From Clostridia bacterium (lineage in GTDB: Bacteria; Bacillota; Clostridia; Oscillospirales; Acutalibacteraceae), in assembly GCA_017449935.1 (NCBI GenBank), contig JAFSYP010000066.1, forward strand, positions 2,934-66,933: DNA of 64,000 nt, written 5' to 3'. The notes under the pieces are model-generated. The model was given only the letters and a program-made list of their open reading frames with translations. It was not told the origin of the DNA and ran no database searches. Every line of letters begins with the position of its first letter. Within the stretch, counting starts at the first letter, position 1. The position numbers and the translations under genes were made by a program. This document shows, one piece after another, positions 47,002-55,860 of the stretch.

Positions 47002-48251
47002 TGGAATACGGCTGTATTGCGGAGCATTTGGGGCACAGCTTCTCCAAATCGATCCACGAAAAAATCGATTCATACGATTATGTTCTGCGCGAGGTGCCGA
47101 AGACGGAGTTGGACGCATTCATGCGCGCGCGGGCGTTTCAGGGGATCAACGTGACAATCCCGTACAAACAGGATGTGATCCCGTATCTCGATGCGCTCAG
47201 CGAAACGGCGAAGGATATCGGCGCGGTCAATACCATTGTCAACCGCGACGGCAAGCTGTTCGGGGACAATACGGATTTCGGCGGCATGACGGCGCTGATC
47301 CGGCGCATGGGACTCGATCTTTCCGGCAAAAAGGTGCTGGTGCTCGGGACCGGCGGCACGAGCCGGACGGCTGTGGCGGTCGCGCAGCGTCTCGGCTGCG
47401 CATGGGTACGGCAGGTGTCGCGCACGGCGAAGGACGGCGTGCTGACCTACGCGGACGTGTACGAAAAACACACGGACACGCAGATCATCCTCAATACAAC
47501 GCCTGCCGGCATGTTCCCGAAGATCGACGATATGCCCATCCGTCCGGAGGCTTTTCCGGCGCTGGAGGGCGTTGCGGACGCCATATTCAACCCCTTGCGC
47601 TCGAAGCTGGTGCTTTCGTCGCGCGCGGCGGGCGTCCCCGCGGAAGGCGGACTGTATATGCTCGTCGCACAGGCGGTCCTGGCGGCGAAGCGGTTCACCG
47701 AAAAGACGTATGCGCCTGAGCTGACCGATACGGTATTTCAGGCGCTGCTGCGGGAAAAGGAAAACCTTGTGCTGATCGGAATGCCCGGAAGCGGAAAAAC
47801 GACGGTCGGCAAACGCGCGGCGGAAACGCTCGGTCGGACGTTCGTCGATCTCGACGACGAGATCGTGCGGCGTGCCGGCTGTCCGATCCCGGAGATCTTC
47901 GCCAAGCAGGGCGAAAAAGCGTTCCGCGATCTGGAAACGGAGATCACACGGGAGACGGCCGCGCGCAGCGGACTGGTTATCGCCACGGGCGGCGGCTGTG
48001 TCCTGCGGGAGGAGAACGTGCGGTTCCTGCGGATGAACGGCAGGCTCCTGTTTCTTGATCGTCCACTTGAACAGCTCCTACCGACGGACGACCGCCCGAC
48101 GGCGAACAGCAAAGAAAAGATCTGCGCGCTGTACGAAACGCGGCTGCCGATCTATCGCGCGGCAGCGGACGCGGTCATCCGCAGCGACGGCGACGCATCC
48201 CGTGCGGCCGAAGCGGTCTGCAAACAGTTTTTGGAGGTAATAAGTCTATGA
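47001..48251 (+). CDS. aroE-aroK: Fused shikimate dehydrogenase / shikimate kinase
   Basis: The N-terminal roughly 250 aa are AroE-like (GINVTIPYK). The C-terminal part carries a P-loop, GMPGSGKTTVGK, typical of AroK. Confidence 0.9.
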   Translation: MEYGCIAEHLGHSFSKSIHEKIDSYDYVLREVPKTELDAFMRARAFQGINVTIPYKQDVIPYLDALSETAKDIGAVNTIVNRDGKLFGDNTDFGGMTALIRRMGLDLSGKKVLVLGTGGTSRTAVAVAQRLGCAWVRQVSRTAKDGVLTYADVYEKHTDTQIILNTTPAGMFPKIDDMPIRPEAFPALEGVADAIFNPLRSKLVLSSRAAGVPAEGGLYMLVAQAVLAAKRFTEKTYAPELTDTVFQALLREKENLVLIGMPGSGKTTVGKRAAETLGRTFVDLDDEIVRRAGCPIPEIFAKQGEKAFRDLETEITRETAARSGLVIATGGGCVLREENVRFLRMNGRLLFLDRPLEQLLPTDDRPTANSKEKICALYETRLPIYRAAADAVIRSDGDASRAAEAVCKQFLEVISL

Positions 48252-48679
48252 AAATCCTTGTCCTCAACGGACCGAATCTGAATATGCTCGGCATCCGCGA
48301 ACCGGATTTGTACGGCAGCGAGAGCTTTGCGGCGCTGTGCCGCATGATCGAGAAATACGGCCGGACATACGGGATCGAGACCGAGCAGTACCAGTCGAAT
48401 CATGAGGGGGATTTGGTCGATAAGATCCAGGCGGCGTACGGCAATACCGACGGCATCGTCATCAACCCCGGCGCGTATACGCACACGAGCATTGCACTGC
48501 TCGACGCGCTCAAGGCGGTGTCCATCCCTGCCGTCGAGGTGCATATCTCGAAGGTGGAGACGCGCGAGGATTTCCGACAGGTGAGCTATGTGCGCGCCGC
48601 GTGTGAGAAAACCGTTACCGGACACGGGATCGCCGGATATACCGAGGCGATGGATTACCTGCGGGAGAGACTGAAATGA
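48248..48679 (+). CDS. aroQ: Type II 3-dehydroquinate dehydratase
   Basis: ILVLNGPNLNMLGIREPDLYG and the HISKV motif are present. Confidence 0.95.
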   Translation: MKILVLNGPNLNMLGIREPDLYGSESFAALCRMIEKYGRTYGIETEQYQSNHEGDLVDKIQAAYGNTDGIVINPGAYTHTSIALLDALKAVSIPAVEVHISKVETREDFRQVSYVRAACEKTVTGHGIAGYTEAMDYLRERLK

Positions 48680-49872
48680 ACGTATCGATCAAACCGTCCG
48701 TCGCCAAAGGCGTCCTGCACGCGCCGCCGTCCAAGAGCGCGGCGCATCGGCTGCTTGTCTGTGCGGGACTGGCCGCGGGAGAGAGCGTGGTGCGCGGCGT
48801 GGCGGATTCGGAGGATATGCTCGCGACGATGGGCTGCCTGCGTGCGCTCGGCGCGCAGGTCGGGAAGATCGGCGACACGGTGCGCATACACGGCATGACC
48901 GGCGAAGCGCCGGACGTGATCCTGCCCTGCCGCGAATGCGGCAGCACGCTGCGCTTTTTCGTGCCGATCGCGCTGCTGCAAAATACGCCCGTGACGCTGA
49001 CGGGGAGCGAAACGCTGCTTAGCCGGCCGCTGAGCGTATACGAAACGATCTGCCGCGAACAGGGCTTGCGCTTTCAGCGCACGGACCGGTCGCTGACCGT
49101 TTGCGGAAAATTGCGCGCGGGACGTTTCTCCGTTCCGGGCGATATCAGCAGCCAGTTCATCAGCGGACTGCTGTTTGCGCTGCCGCTGCTCGCGCAGGAC
49201 AGCGAGATCGTGATCGCGCCGCCCGTGCAGAGCGCGCCGTATATCCGCATGACGCTGCGCGCGCTGGAAGCATTCGGCGTGACGGCGCAGATGCGGGAGA
49301 ACCGTATCCGGATCCCCGGCGCACAGCGCTACCGGCCGCGGGACGCCGCGGTCGAGGGCGACTGGTCCAACGCCGCTTTTTTCGACGCGCTCAATTACCT
49401 CGGCGGCGACGTGCGGATCGATGGACTGGACGCGGACAGCTTGCAGGGGGACAAGATCTGTCGTCAGCTTTTTCGTGCGCTGGACGCGGGTACGCCGACC
49501 GTCGACCTGTCCGACTGCCCCGATCTGGGGCCTGTCTGTATGGCGCTGGCGGCGTATAAACACGGCGCACGCTTCACGGGGACGCGCCGTTTGCGCATCA
49601 AGGAGAGCGACCGCGCATCGTGTATGCAGCGTGAGCTTTTGAAATTCGGCGTTCGCTGCGTTTTGGACGAGGACGAGATGACCGTCTTCGCGTCGCCGCT
49701 GCAAACGCCGCGGGAACCGTTGTGCGGCTGGGGCGATCATCGGATCGTGATGGCGCTGTCGCTGCTGCTTACGAAAACCGGCGGCACGATCGAGGGCGCC
49801 GAAGCGGTACGAAAGAGCTTCCCGGATTATTTTGAGCGTATGAAATCTTTGGGGATCGAGGTGCAGACCTGA
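48676..49872 (+). CDS. aroA: 3-phosphoshikimate 1-carboxyvinyltransferase (EPSP synthase)
   Basis: The ORF is 398 aa with the EPSPS fold signatures PPSKS and GSTLRF. Confidence 0.95.
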   Translation: MNVSIKPSVAKGVLHAPPSKSAAHRLLVCAGLAAGESVVRGVADSEDMLATMGCLRALGAQVGKIGDTVRIHGMTGEAPDVILPCRECGSTLRFFVPIALLQNTPVTLTGSETLLSRPLSVYETICREQGLRFQRTDRSLTVCGKLRAGRFSVPGDISSQFISGLLFALPLLAQDSEIVIAPPVQSAPYIRMTLRALEAFGVTAQMRENRIRIPGAQRYRPRDAAVEGDWSNAAFFDALNYLGGDVRIDGLDADSLQGDKICRQLFRALDAGTPTVDLSDCPDLGPVCMALAAYKHGARFTGTRRLRIKESDRASCMQRELLKFGVRCVLDEDEMTVFASPLQTPREPLCGWGDHRIVMALSLLLTKTGGTIEGAEAVRKSFPDYFERMKSLGIEVQT

Positions 49873-50732
49873 TGGAATGGATACATAAACGAACGATCAT
49901 GATCGTCGGTCTCGGACTGATCGGCGGCAGCTATGCGCGTGCACTGCGGCGGCTCGGCTACCGCGTGGAAGCGATCGACACGAACGCTGACGCCATACGC
50001 TATGCGCTCGATCACGGGATCATCGACGCGGGCTATACCGACGTCGAGGCAGATGCGCTCGGCAGCGCGGACGCGGTCATTTTTGCGCTGTATCCCGGAA
50101 CGCTCCTTCGGTGGATCGGCGAGAACCAGCATCTGCTGAAAGAGGGCGCGATGCTCACGGACGTGACGGGCGTCAAGTCCTGCATCGTGTATGACGTGCA
50201 GAAAATGCTGCGGCCGGATTTGGAATTCATCGCGGCGCATCCGATGGCAGGACGCGAGGTCAGCGGCGTGGAAAACAGCGACGACCGCATTTTCCGCGAC
50301 GCGAACTATATCGTCGTCCCGACCGAAAAGAATACCGAGCAGGGAATTCTGTGGTGTCGGGAGCTGGGACAGATCCTCGGTTTTGCGCATATATCCGAAC
50401 TGACACCGGAGGAACACGACGACATGATCGGCTTTGTTTCGCAGCTCACGCACTGTATCGCCATCGCGCTGATGACGTGCAGCGAGAACCGGCATCTGGC
50501 GGATTATACGGGCGACTCGTTCCGGGATCTGACGCGTATCGCCCGAATCAACGACCGCATGTGGAGCGAGCTTTTCCTGCGCAACAAAGAGCCGCTGCTG
50601 CGGCAGATGGACACGTTCCTGCGAGAATTCAAGCAGCTGCGCGATCTGCTTTCCGAAGAAGACGCGCAGGGACTGCGTGAAAAGATGCGGCTGTCGACCG
50701 AACGCCGCGGTTATTTTGATAAGCAAGCCTGA
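49872..50732 (+). CDS. tyrA: Prephenate dehydrogenase
   Basis: A Rossmann motif IVGLGLIGGS and HPMAG are present. Confidence 0.9.
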   Translation: MEWIHKRTIMIVGLGLIGGSYARALRRLGYRVEAIDTNADAIRYALDHGIIDAGYTDVEADALGSADAVIFALYPGTLLRWIGENQHLLKEGAMLTDVTGVKSCIVYDVQKMLRPDLEFIAAHPMAGREVSGVENSDDRIFRDANYIVVPTEKNTEQGILWCRELGQILGFAHISELTPEEHDDMIGFVSQLTHCIAIALMTCSENRHLADYTGDSFRDLTRIARINDRMWSELFLRNKEPLLRQMDTFLREFKQLRDLLSEEDAQGLREKMRLSTERRGYFDKQA

Positions 50733-50748
50733 AAGGGGGGCAATATAT

Positions 50749-51777
50749 ATGAATATGGATTTTGAAAAGAAACTGGCGATCCCGATGGAGGTCAAAGAGA
50801 TGTACCCCATCTCTGCGCAGCTTTCCGCGATCGTGGACAAAAGGATCGCGGAGACGAAGCAGATCTTCGCCGGACAGTCGGACAAATTTCTCCTGATCAT
50901 CGGACCGTGTTCGGCGGACAATGAGGATAGCGTGATCGACTATATCAGCCGTCTGCGTACGGTGCAGGAGAAGGTGCGGGAGAAAATATTCATTATCCCG
51001 CGCATCTACACGGGCAAGCCCCGCACGACAGGCGACGGATACAAAGGTATGCTGCACCAGCCCGACCCGACGAACAAGCCCGATATGTTCAAGGGCATCA
51101 TCGCTATCCGGGAACTGCATATGCGCGCGCTCAGAGAAACGGGCTTTTCCTGCGCGGACGAGATGCTCTATCCGGAGAACCACAAGTATCTTGACGACCT
51201 GCTGGCGTACGTTGCCATCGGCGCGCGGTCTGTGGAGAATCAGCAGCACCGACTGACGGCGAGCGGCCTGGAGGTGCCTGTGGGCATGAAGAATCCCACC
51301 AGCGGCGATCTCGAGGTGATGATGAACGCCATCACGGCGGCGCAGCATCGGCACACGTTCATCTATCGAGGCTGGCAGGCGCATTCACAGGGCAATCCGT
51401 ACGCGCACGCGATCCTGCGCGGTTATGTGGACAAGCGCGGGCAGTCCATGCCGAACTATCACTATGAGGATCTGCAGTATCTGTGCGGACTGTACGCGGA
51501 AAAAGGTTTGCAGAACCCGGCGGTCATCATCGACACGAACCATGCCAACTCCGGCAAGCGGTATCTCGAACAGATCCGTATTTCAAAAGAGGTGCTGCAC
51601 AACTGCCGCTACAATGCAGATATCAAAAAGCTCGTCAAGGGCCTGATGATCGAGAGTTACATCGAGGACGGCGCGCAGAAGATCGGGGAGGGGTGCTACG
51701 GCAAATCCATCACCGATCCGTGTCTGGGCTGGGAGAAGACCGAACGCCTGATCCTTGATCTTGCGGAAGAATTGTAA
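50749..51777 (+). CDS. aroF: 3-deoxy-7-phosphoheptulonate (DAHP) synthase, class I
   Basis: The ATG at 50749 follows GAAAGGGGGG. IIGPCS and the GKPRTT motifs are present. Confidence 0.9.
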   Translation: MNMDFEKKLAIPMEVKEMYPISAQLSAIVDKRIAETKQIFAGQSDKFLLIIGPCSADNEDSVIDYISRLRTVQEKVREKIFIIPRIYTGKPRTTGDGYKGMLHQPDPTNKPDMFKGIIAIRELHMRALRETGFSCADEMLYPENHKYLDDLLAYVAIGARSVENQQHRLTASGLEVPVGMKNPTSGDLEVMMNAITAAQHRHTFIYRGWQAHSQGNPYAHAILRGYVDKRGQSMPNYHYEDLQYLCGLYAEKGLQNPAVIIDTNHANSGKRYLEQIRISKEVLHNCRYNADIKKLVKGLMIESYIEDGAQKIGEGCYGKSITDPCLGWEKTERLILDLAEEL

Positions 51778-51785
51778 AAGAAAAA

Positions 51786-51824
51786 AGCGGGCGGCTTCTG
51801 CATTGCTGTGCAAAAGCCGCCCGC
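51786..51824. terminator. Hairpin terminator shared by the aro operon end and convergent tRNA-Leu
   Basis: A 12-bp stem forms between AGCGGGCGGCTT (51786-51797) and AAGCCGCCCGCT (51814-51825). The A-run upstream gives a U-tract on the minus strand. Confidence 0.6.
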
Positions 51825-51911
51825 TGGTGCCGATGGTCGGGCTCGAACCGACACGGTGTTGCCACCGAGGGATTTTAAGTCCCTTGCGTCTGCCAATTCC
51901 GCCACATCGGC
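51825..51911 (-). tRNA. tRNA-Leu (anticodon TAA)
   Basis: The 87-nt sequence has acceptor stem GCCGATG/CATCGGC, anticodon loop CU-TAA-AA, a long variable arm and an encoded CCA. Confidence 0.85.
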
Positions 51912-51921
51912 ATCTTCGTTT

Positions 51922-51950
51922 ATTATATGCGTTTACAGCCTGTTTGTCAA
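51922..51950 (-). promoter_or_regulatory. Consensus promoter TTGACA-17-TATAAT for tRNA-Leu(TAA)
   Basis: On the minus strand the sequence reads TTGACAaacaggctgtaaacgcaTATAAT. The -10 ends 11 nt before the tRNA 5' end. Confidence 0.65.
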
Positions 51951-52014
51951 CAGAAAAAACGGATTTCTTTTCCGAAGCAAATAGGAATGAACCGGCAAAC
52001 TGCACAAATCAAAA

Positions 52015-52053
52015 CAGCATTTTTTGTACAATCCACCAAAATGCTGCTTTTTT
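52015..52053. terminator. Hairpin plus T-run (insulating terminator)
   Basis: CAGCATTTT (52015-52023) pairs with AAAATGCTG (52038-52046), followed by CTTTTTT. Confidence 0.5.
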
Positions 52054-52063
52054 GTTTTTTTGT

Positions 52064-52092
52064 TTTACATTGCGCAAAAGTCGTGCTATAAT
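52064..52092 (+). promoter_or_regulatory. Promoter candidate TTTACA-17-TATAAT (TG-extended) for the PHP/dockerin gene
   Basis: TTTACA lies at 52064-52069 and TGcTATAAT ends at 52092. Confidence 0.5.
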
Positions 52093-52147
52093 GTATACGG
52101 TTAAATTCGGACTATTCTATCCCGAAAAGAAATGGGGCACTGAAACG

Positions 52148-54151
52148 ATGAAACGCAGAATGAAAAAAATTGTTTGTGCGGCCGCGGCGGCAGCATGCGT
52201 CGCGGCAGTCGGATTCGGATTCAGCGCGCTGCACGGCGAGCTGCAGGCGCAGGCCGGAGAGGTGCAGGACGTCGTCGGCACGAAGCGCTATATTATTGCG
52301 AATCCGTACAGTGCAGTGAATTGGGACACTTGGGGACAGTACAAGTCCGCGACGCACGTGCATTCCATGATCAGCGATGGTGACTATCAGTTCGCCGACC
52401 AGATCGAGAACTACTACCGTTTGGGCTTCGACGCGGTCGCCATGACCGACCACGGCGCCGTGAACCGCGGCTGGACCGTGGATAAGACCAGCAACAGCGA
52501 GCGTCCGGTCTGGTTCAATTACCAGGCGATCACCAACGGAACAGGCGGTTTGACGAAAAACATGAAGTCGCTCACTGCCCAGAGAAATCTGGAGATCACG
52601 ACCGGCGTCGGAAGAAACGGAAGGCCGATGATCGACATCCCGCTTGGCATCGAGCTCAACGGCGCGTCCACCAAAAAGTGCCACGTCAACGGCTTCTTTG
52701 CCGACGCCGGGCAAAACGATATGGAGTTGAATGCAAAGGGCATCGACGGCTGTGTGACGGCCGTCACCAAGAACGCGCGCGCAGGCGGTATCACGCACAT
52801 CAACCATGTCGGCGAATTCATGGAAGCGAACGACTGTTCCACCGCCGCAGAGGCGATGAGTTCGGTCTACACGTCAAGCTGGATCAATGAATTTGCGGAC
52901 AGAGTTTTCCGTACATATCCGTCCTGCATCGGCATGGAGCTGGTCAATAAATCCGACAACCGCACCAAATGGGATCGTCACCTGTACGATGAGCTTCTCA
53001 AACGCCTTGCGCCGGAGGGACGCGGACTGTGGGGCTTCTGCGGAGACGATTCGCATCATGAGGATGAACTGGATCAGAACTGCGCATGGTTTATTACGCC
53101 GGAGCTGAAGGCGGACAAAATCCGTACTTCGATGGAAACGGGATGCTTCTTTGTTTCGTCCCGCCGATCCAAAGAAGAACTGAGCGACGCCACTGGCAAC
53201 GGCGACTATCCGCGTATCTCGCGCCTGACCGTGGATGAAGCGCGCAGCCAGATCATCCTGCACACGACGAAAGCGCAGAAGGCTGTGATGATCGCGGACG
53301 GCAACGAGCTGGAGATCGTAAACTGCAATCCCTCGGGTACGGTCGTGACATTTGATCTGAACCGTTTCGAGGCGCAGATCAACAGCTATGTGCGTCTTTA
53401 TCTGACCGGCGAGGGCGGTATCACCTATGTGCAGCCGTTTTATGTGACCACGACCGAATACAATACGACGGCGTCCGTCAGCTTCAACGTATTCCTCAAC
53501 AACGAGCAGATCTATTCGCCTACGGTGACGATCCGCAATTCCTTGGGCACGATCGTGCCGATGTCGTCGCGCACCTATATCGAACTGCCGACGCCCGATA
53601 CTTACACCTATGAGGTCTCTGCGCCCGGATCGACGACGGCGACCGGCAGCTTTGTCATCACGACGGACGATTTTGTTATGGGCAACAGCTACACGCTGAC
53701 GATCAATCTGGAATGCGTGCCCGAATTGATCCCCAACACGCAGTTGAACAATTGTTTCGACGCGACGACGCATACGATCACCGGTTTGACGGTGGGCGAG
53801 GACGTGACAGCCAATATCGCGTCGTCGTCCAACAGTCTCGGTGCGATCCAGGTCGTGCCGACGTCGTTCGGGTACGGTACCGGAACGAAGGTCAATCTTG
53901 TCTATGACGGCGAAGTGATCGACTCGTATACCTGCATCATCTACGGCGATACCAACGGCGACACGCTGGTCGACGCGACGGACTGCCTGCGTTTGCAGGC
54001 GTATCTGACGACGGCGATGGGGTATGAGATCGCCGACGCGCCGCTGCGTGCCAGCGACGTCAACAACGACGGCACCTATGATATGAAGGATATCGAGCTG
54101 CTGCGCGGGATCGGTATGGGCGATGCATACACGATCAACCAGAATCGATAA
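52148..54151 (+). CDS. Secreted PHP-type (CehA/McbA-like) metallohydrolase with a C-terminal dockerin
   Basis: The ATG is at 52148 and a signal peptide is present. PHP motifs are THVHSMISDGD, AMTDHG and GDDSHHED. The C-terminus carries two dockerin repeats, GDTNGDTLVDATDCLRLQAYL and SDVNNDGTYDMKDIELLRGI. Confidence 0.8.
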   Translation: MKRRMKKIVCAAAAAACVAAVGFGFSALHGELQAQAGEVQDVVGTKRYIIANPYSAVNWDTWGQYKSATHVHSMISDGDYQFADQIENYYRLGFDAVAMTDHGAVNRGWTVDKTSNSERPVWFNYQAITNGTGGLTKNMKSLTAQRNLEITTGVGRNGRPMIDIPLGIELNGASTKKCHVNGFFADAGQNDMELNAKGIDGCVTAVTKNARAGGITHINHVGEFMEANDCSTAAEAMSSVYTSSWINEFADRVFRTYPSCIGMELVNKSDNRTKWDRHLYDELLKRLAPEGRGLWGFCGDDSHHEDELDQNCAWFITPELKADKIRTSMETGCFFVSSRRSKEELSDATGNGDYPRISRLTVDEARSQIILHTTKAQKAVMIADGNELEIVNCNPSGTVVTFDLNRFEAQINSYVRLYLTGEGGITYVQPFYVTTTEYNTTASVSFNVFLNNEQIYSPTVTIRNSLGTIVPMSSRTYIELPTPDTYTYEVSAPGSTTATGSFVITTDDFVMGNSYTLTINLECVPELIPNTQLNNCFDATTHTITGLTVGEDVTANIASSSNSLGAIQVVPTSFGYGTGTKVNLVYDGEVIDSYTCIIYGDTNGDTLVDATDCLRLQAYLTTAMGYEIADAPLRASDVNNDGTYDMKDIELLRGIGMGDAYTINQNR

Positions 54152-54220
54152 AAACTGACGATTCGGGCGGCCTGTTGTGCTGTACAGCGGACCGCCTTTT
54201 TCACAAGAGGGCGACTAACT

Positions 54221-55306
54221 ATGCGCTATGCATTGATCGGCTGCGGCCGTGTTTCACCAAACCATATCAGCGCCGCATTGGATAACGGCCTGGAGATCGT
54301 CGCGCTGTGCGATCTGGAGCTTCAGAAGGCCGAGGCGCTGCGGGACAGATTCGAGCTGCTGCAGAGTGTGCGGCTGTTCACGGACTATCGGCAGATGCTG
54401 CGGGACTGTCAGCCGGAGCTGACGGCTGTGGCAACATGGTCCGGCACGCACGCCGGGATCGCTGTGGACTGCATCGAAGCGGGCTGCAACGTCATCATCG
54501 AAAAGCCGATCGCGCTTTCGCTCGCGGACGCCGACCGCATCATCGAAGCAGAAAAGCGTATGGGCGTGAAAGTCAGCGCCAATCACCAGAACCGCTTTAA
54601 CACCGCCGTGCAGCAGATGCGTTCCGCTCTGCGTGCGGGGCGTTTCGGCAAACTGCTGTACGGGACGACTTCCATACGCTGGTCGCGCGGCGAGGATTAT
54701 TACCGCAGCGCGGACTGGCGCGGCACTTGGGCGCAGGACGGCGGCACGCTGATGAACCAGTGCATTCATGCCATTGATCTGCTGCGCTGGATGATGGGCG
54801 ACGAGGTGACCGAGGTCGTCGGCATGACGGACAATATGCTCCATCCCTGCATCGAAGCGGAGGATTTTGGCCTTGCGCTGCTGCGTTTCAAAAACGGCAG
54901 CTACGGCGTGATCGAAGGCTCGGTCAATACATTCGGCGGCGACTGGGAGGAGACGCTGACGCTGTTCGGCGAAAAAGGGTTGGCCAAGCTCGGCGGACGG
55001 TGCGTCAATCTGGTGGATATGTGGCGCTTTGCAGACGGAGACGAAACAGATTCGCACGTGCTGGCAAGCTGCGGCGAGGACCCGCCGAACGTGTACGGCT
55101 TCGGCCACAAGTCTCTGTATGCGGACATGCTGTCCGCCATTCGCGAAGATCGTAAACCGTATGTCACTTCCGCGGCAGGACGCCGCGCGCTGGAGACGGT
55201 ACTGGCGATCTACCGATCCGCTGCGGACGGCAAGCCCGTCGCGTTGCCGCTGGGCGATTGTGCGTCGACGGATTTTCGCGGAAGGTTCGGCGAACCGGTC
55301 AAATAA
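54221..55306 (+). CDS. Gfo/Idh/MocA family oxidoreductase
   Basis: An N-terminal Rossmann segment MRYALIGCGRVS and an EKP motif (IIEKPIA) are present. Confidence 0.9.
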   Translation: MRYALIGCGRVSPNHISAALDNGLEIVALCDLELQKAEALRDRFELLQSVRLFTDYRQMLRDCQPELTAVATWSGTHAGIAVDCIEAGCNVIIEKPIALSLADADRIIEAEKRMGVKVSANHQNRFNTAVQQMRSALRAGRFGKLLYGTTSIRWSRGEDYYRSADWRGTWAQDGGTLMNQCIHAIDLLRWMMGDEVTEVVGMTDNMLHPCIEAEDFGLALLRFKNGSYGVIEGSVNTFGGDWEETLTLFGEKGLAKLGGRCVNLVDMWRFADGDETDSHVLASCGEDPPNVYGFGHKSLYADMLSAIREDRKPYVTSAAGRRALETVLAIYRSAADGKPVALPLGDCASTDFRGRFGEPVK

Positions 55307-55320
55307 ATTTTGAAAAATGC

Positions 55321-55349
55321 TTGACAACCGAATAGTTGCCTGCTATAAT
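55321..55349 (+). promoter_or_regulatory. Consensus promoter TTGACA-17-TATAAT for the tRNA-Gly/tRNA-Leu unit
   Basis: TTGACA lies at 55321-55326 and TATAAT at 55344-55349. The tRNA starts at 55362. Confidence 0.65.
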
Positions 55350-55361
55350 AGCAGAGCAGTT

Positions 55362-55437
55362 GCGGATGTAGCTCATCTGGTAGAGCGCCACCTTGCCAAG
55401 GTGGAGGTAGCGAGTTCGAGCCTCGTCATCCGCTCCA
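55362..55437 (+). tRNA. tRNA-Gly (anticodon GCC)
   Basis: The 76-nt sequence has acceptor stem GCGGATG/CATCCGC, anticodon loop CU-GCC-AA and an encoded CCA. Confidence 0.9.
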
Positions 55438-55438
55438 A

Positions 55439-55466
55439 ACCCGCAGAACTGTCTGCGGGTTCTTTT
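55439..55466 (+). terminator. Terminator-like hairpin between the two tRNAs
   Basis: ACCCGCAGA pairs with TCTGCGGGT across a 4-nt loop, followed by TCTTTT. It could be a partial terminator or a processing hairpin. Confidence 0.35.
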
Positions 55467-55481
55467 CATAATACTCAACAT

Positions 55482-55567
55482 GCGGATATGGCGGAATTGG
55501 CAGACGCGCCGGATTTAGGATCCGGTGGGCAATCCCCGTGCAGGTTCGATCCCTGTTATCCGCACCA
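55482..55567 (+). tRNA. tRNA-Leu (anticodon TAG)
   Basis: The 86-nt sequence has acceptor stem GCGGATA/TATCCGC, anticodon loop UU-TAG-GA, a long variable arm and an encoded CCA. Confidence 0.85.
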
Positions 55568-55568
55568 C

Positions 55569-55612
55569 GCCGGAACGACTATTTTGATACAATGTAGTCG
55601 TTTCGGCTTTTT
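55569..55612 (+). terminator. Strong intrinsic terminator of the tRNA unit
   Basis: A 13-bp stem (with one G-U pair) forms between GCCGGAACGACTA and TAGTCGTTTCGGC, followed by TTTTT. Confidence 0.7.
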
Positions 55613-55740
55613 GTTTTCAAATCGTTGATAAATAAGGGATTGCAATACTTTAGAGGTTCAAACTGAATACATTTCACGGCGCAGAATAGCACAATTTGAG
55701 GCTTTTCTGCGCTGCTTTTTTTATGGGCTTTCGGCAAAAT

Positions 55741-55785
55741 TGCAACCGGTTGCAGGGGGTTGCAGGGGGTTGCAAGGGGGTTGCA
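55741..55785 (+). repeat. Iteron-like array: palindrome TGCAACC|GGTTGCA plus four direct GGTTGCA units
   Basis: GGTTGCA occurs at 55748, 55758, 55768 and 55779, giving spacings of 10, 10 and 11 bp. An inverted copy lies at 55741-55747. Confidence 0.6.
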
Positions 55786-55860
55786 TTTCACAAAATTTTA
55801 ATTTAGGGGGGGAAACAGTGGCCGTTTTCGTGTCCGTGTAGTGGAAGGGAGTGTTTTTTC

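Noticed and set aside
55317-55628. A 103-aa plus-strand ORF.
   Set aside because: It runs straight through the tRNA-Gly and tRNA-Leu genes and their promoter and terminator, so it is an artefact.
55741-55785. Possibility that the GGTTGCA repeats are a CRISPR array.
   Set aside because: The units are only 7-10 bp with no spacers of CRISPR size, and no cas genes are present. They fit a protein-binding iteron or operator array instead.
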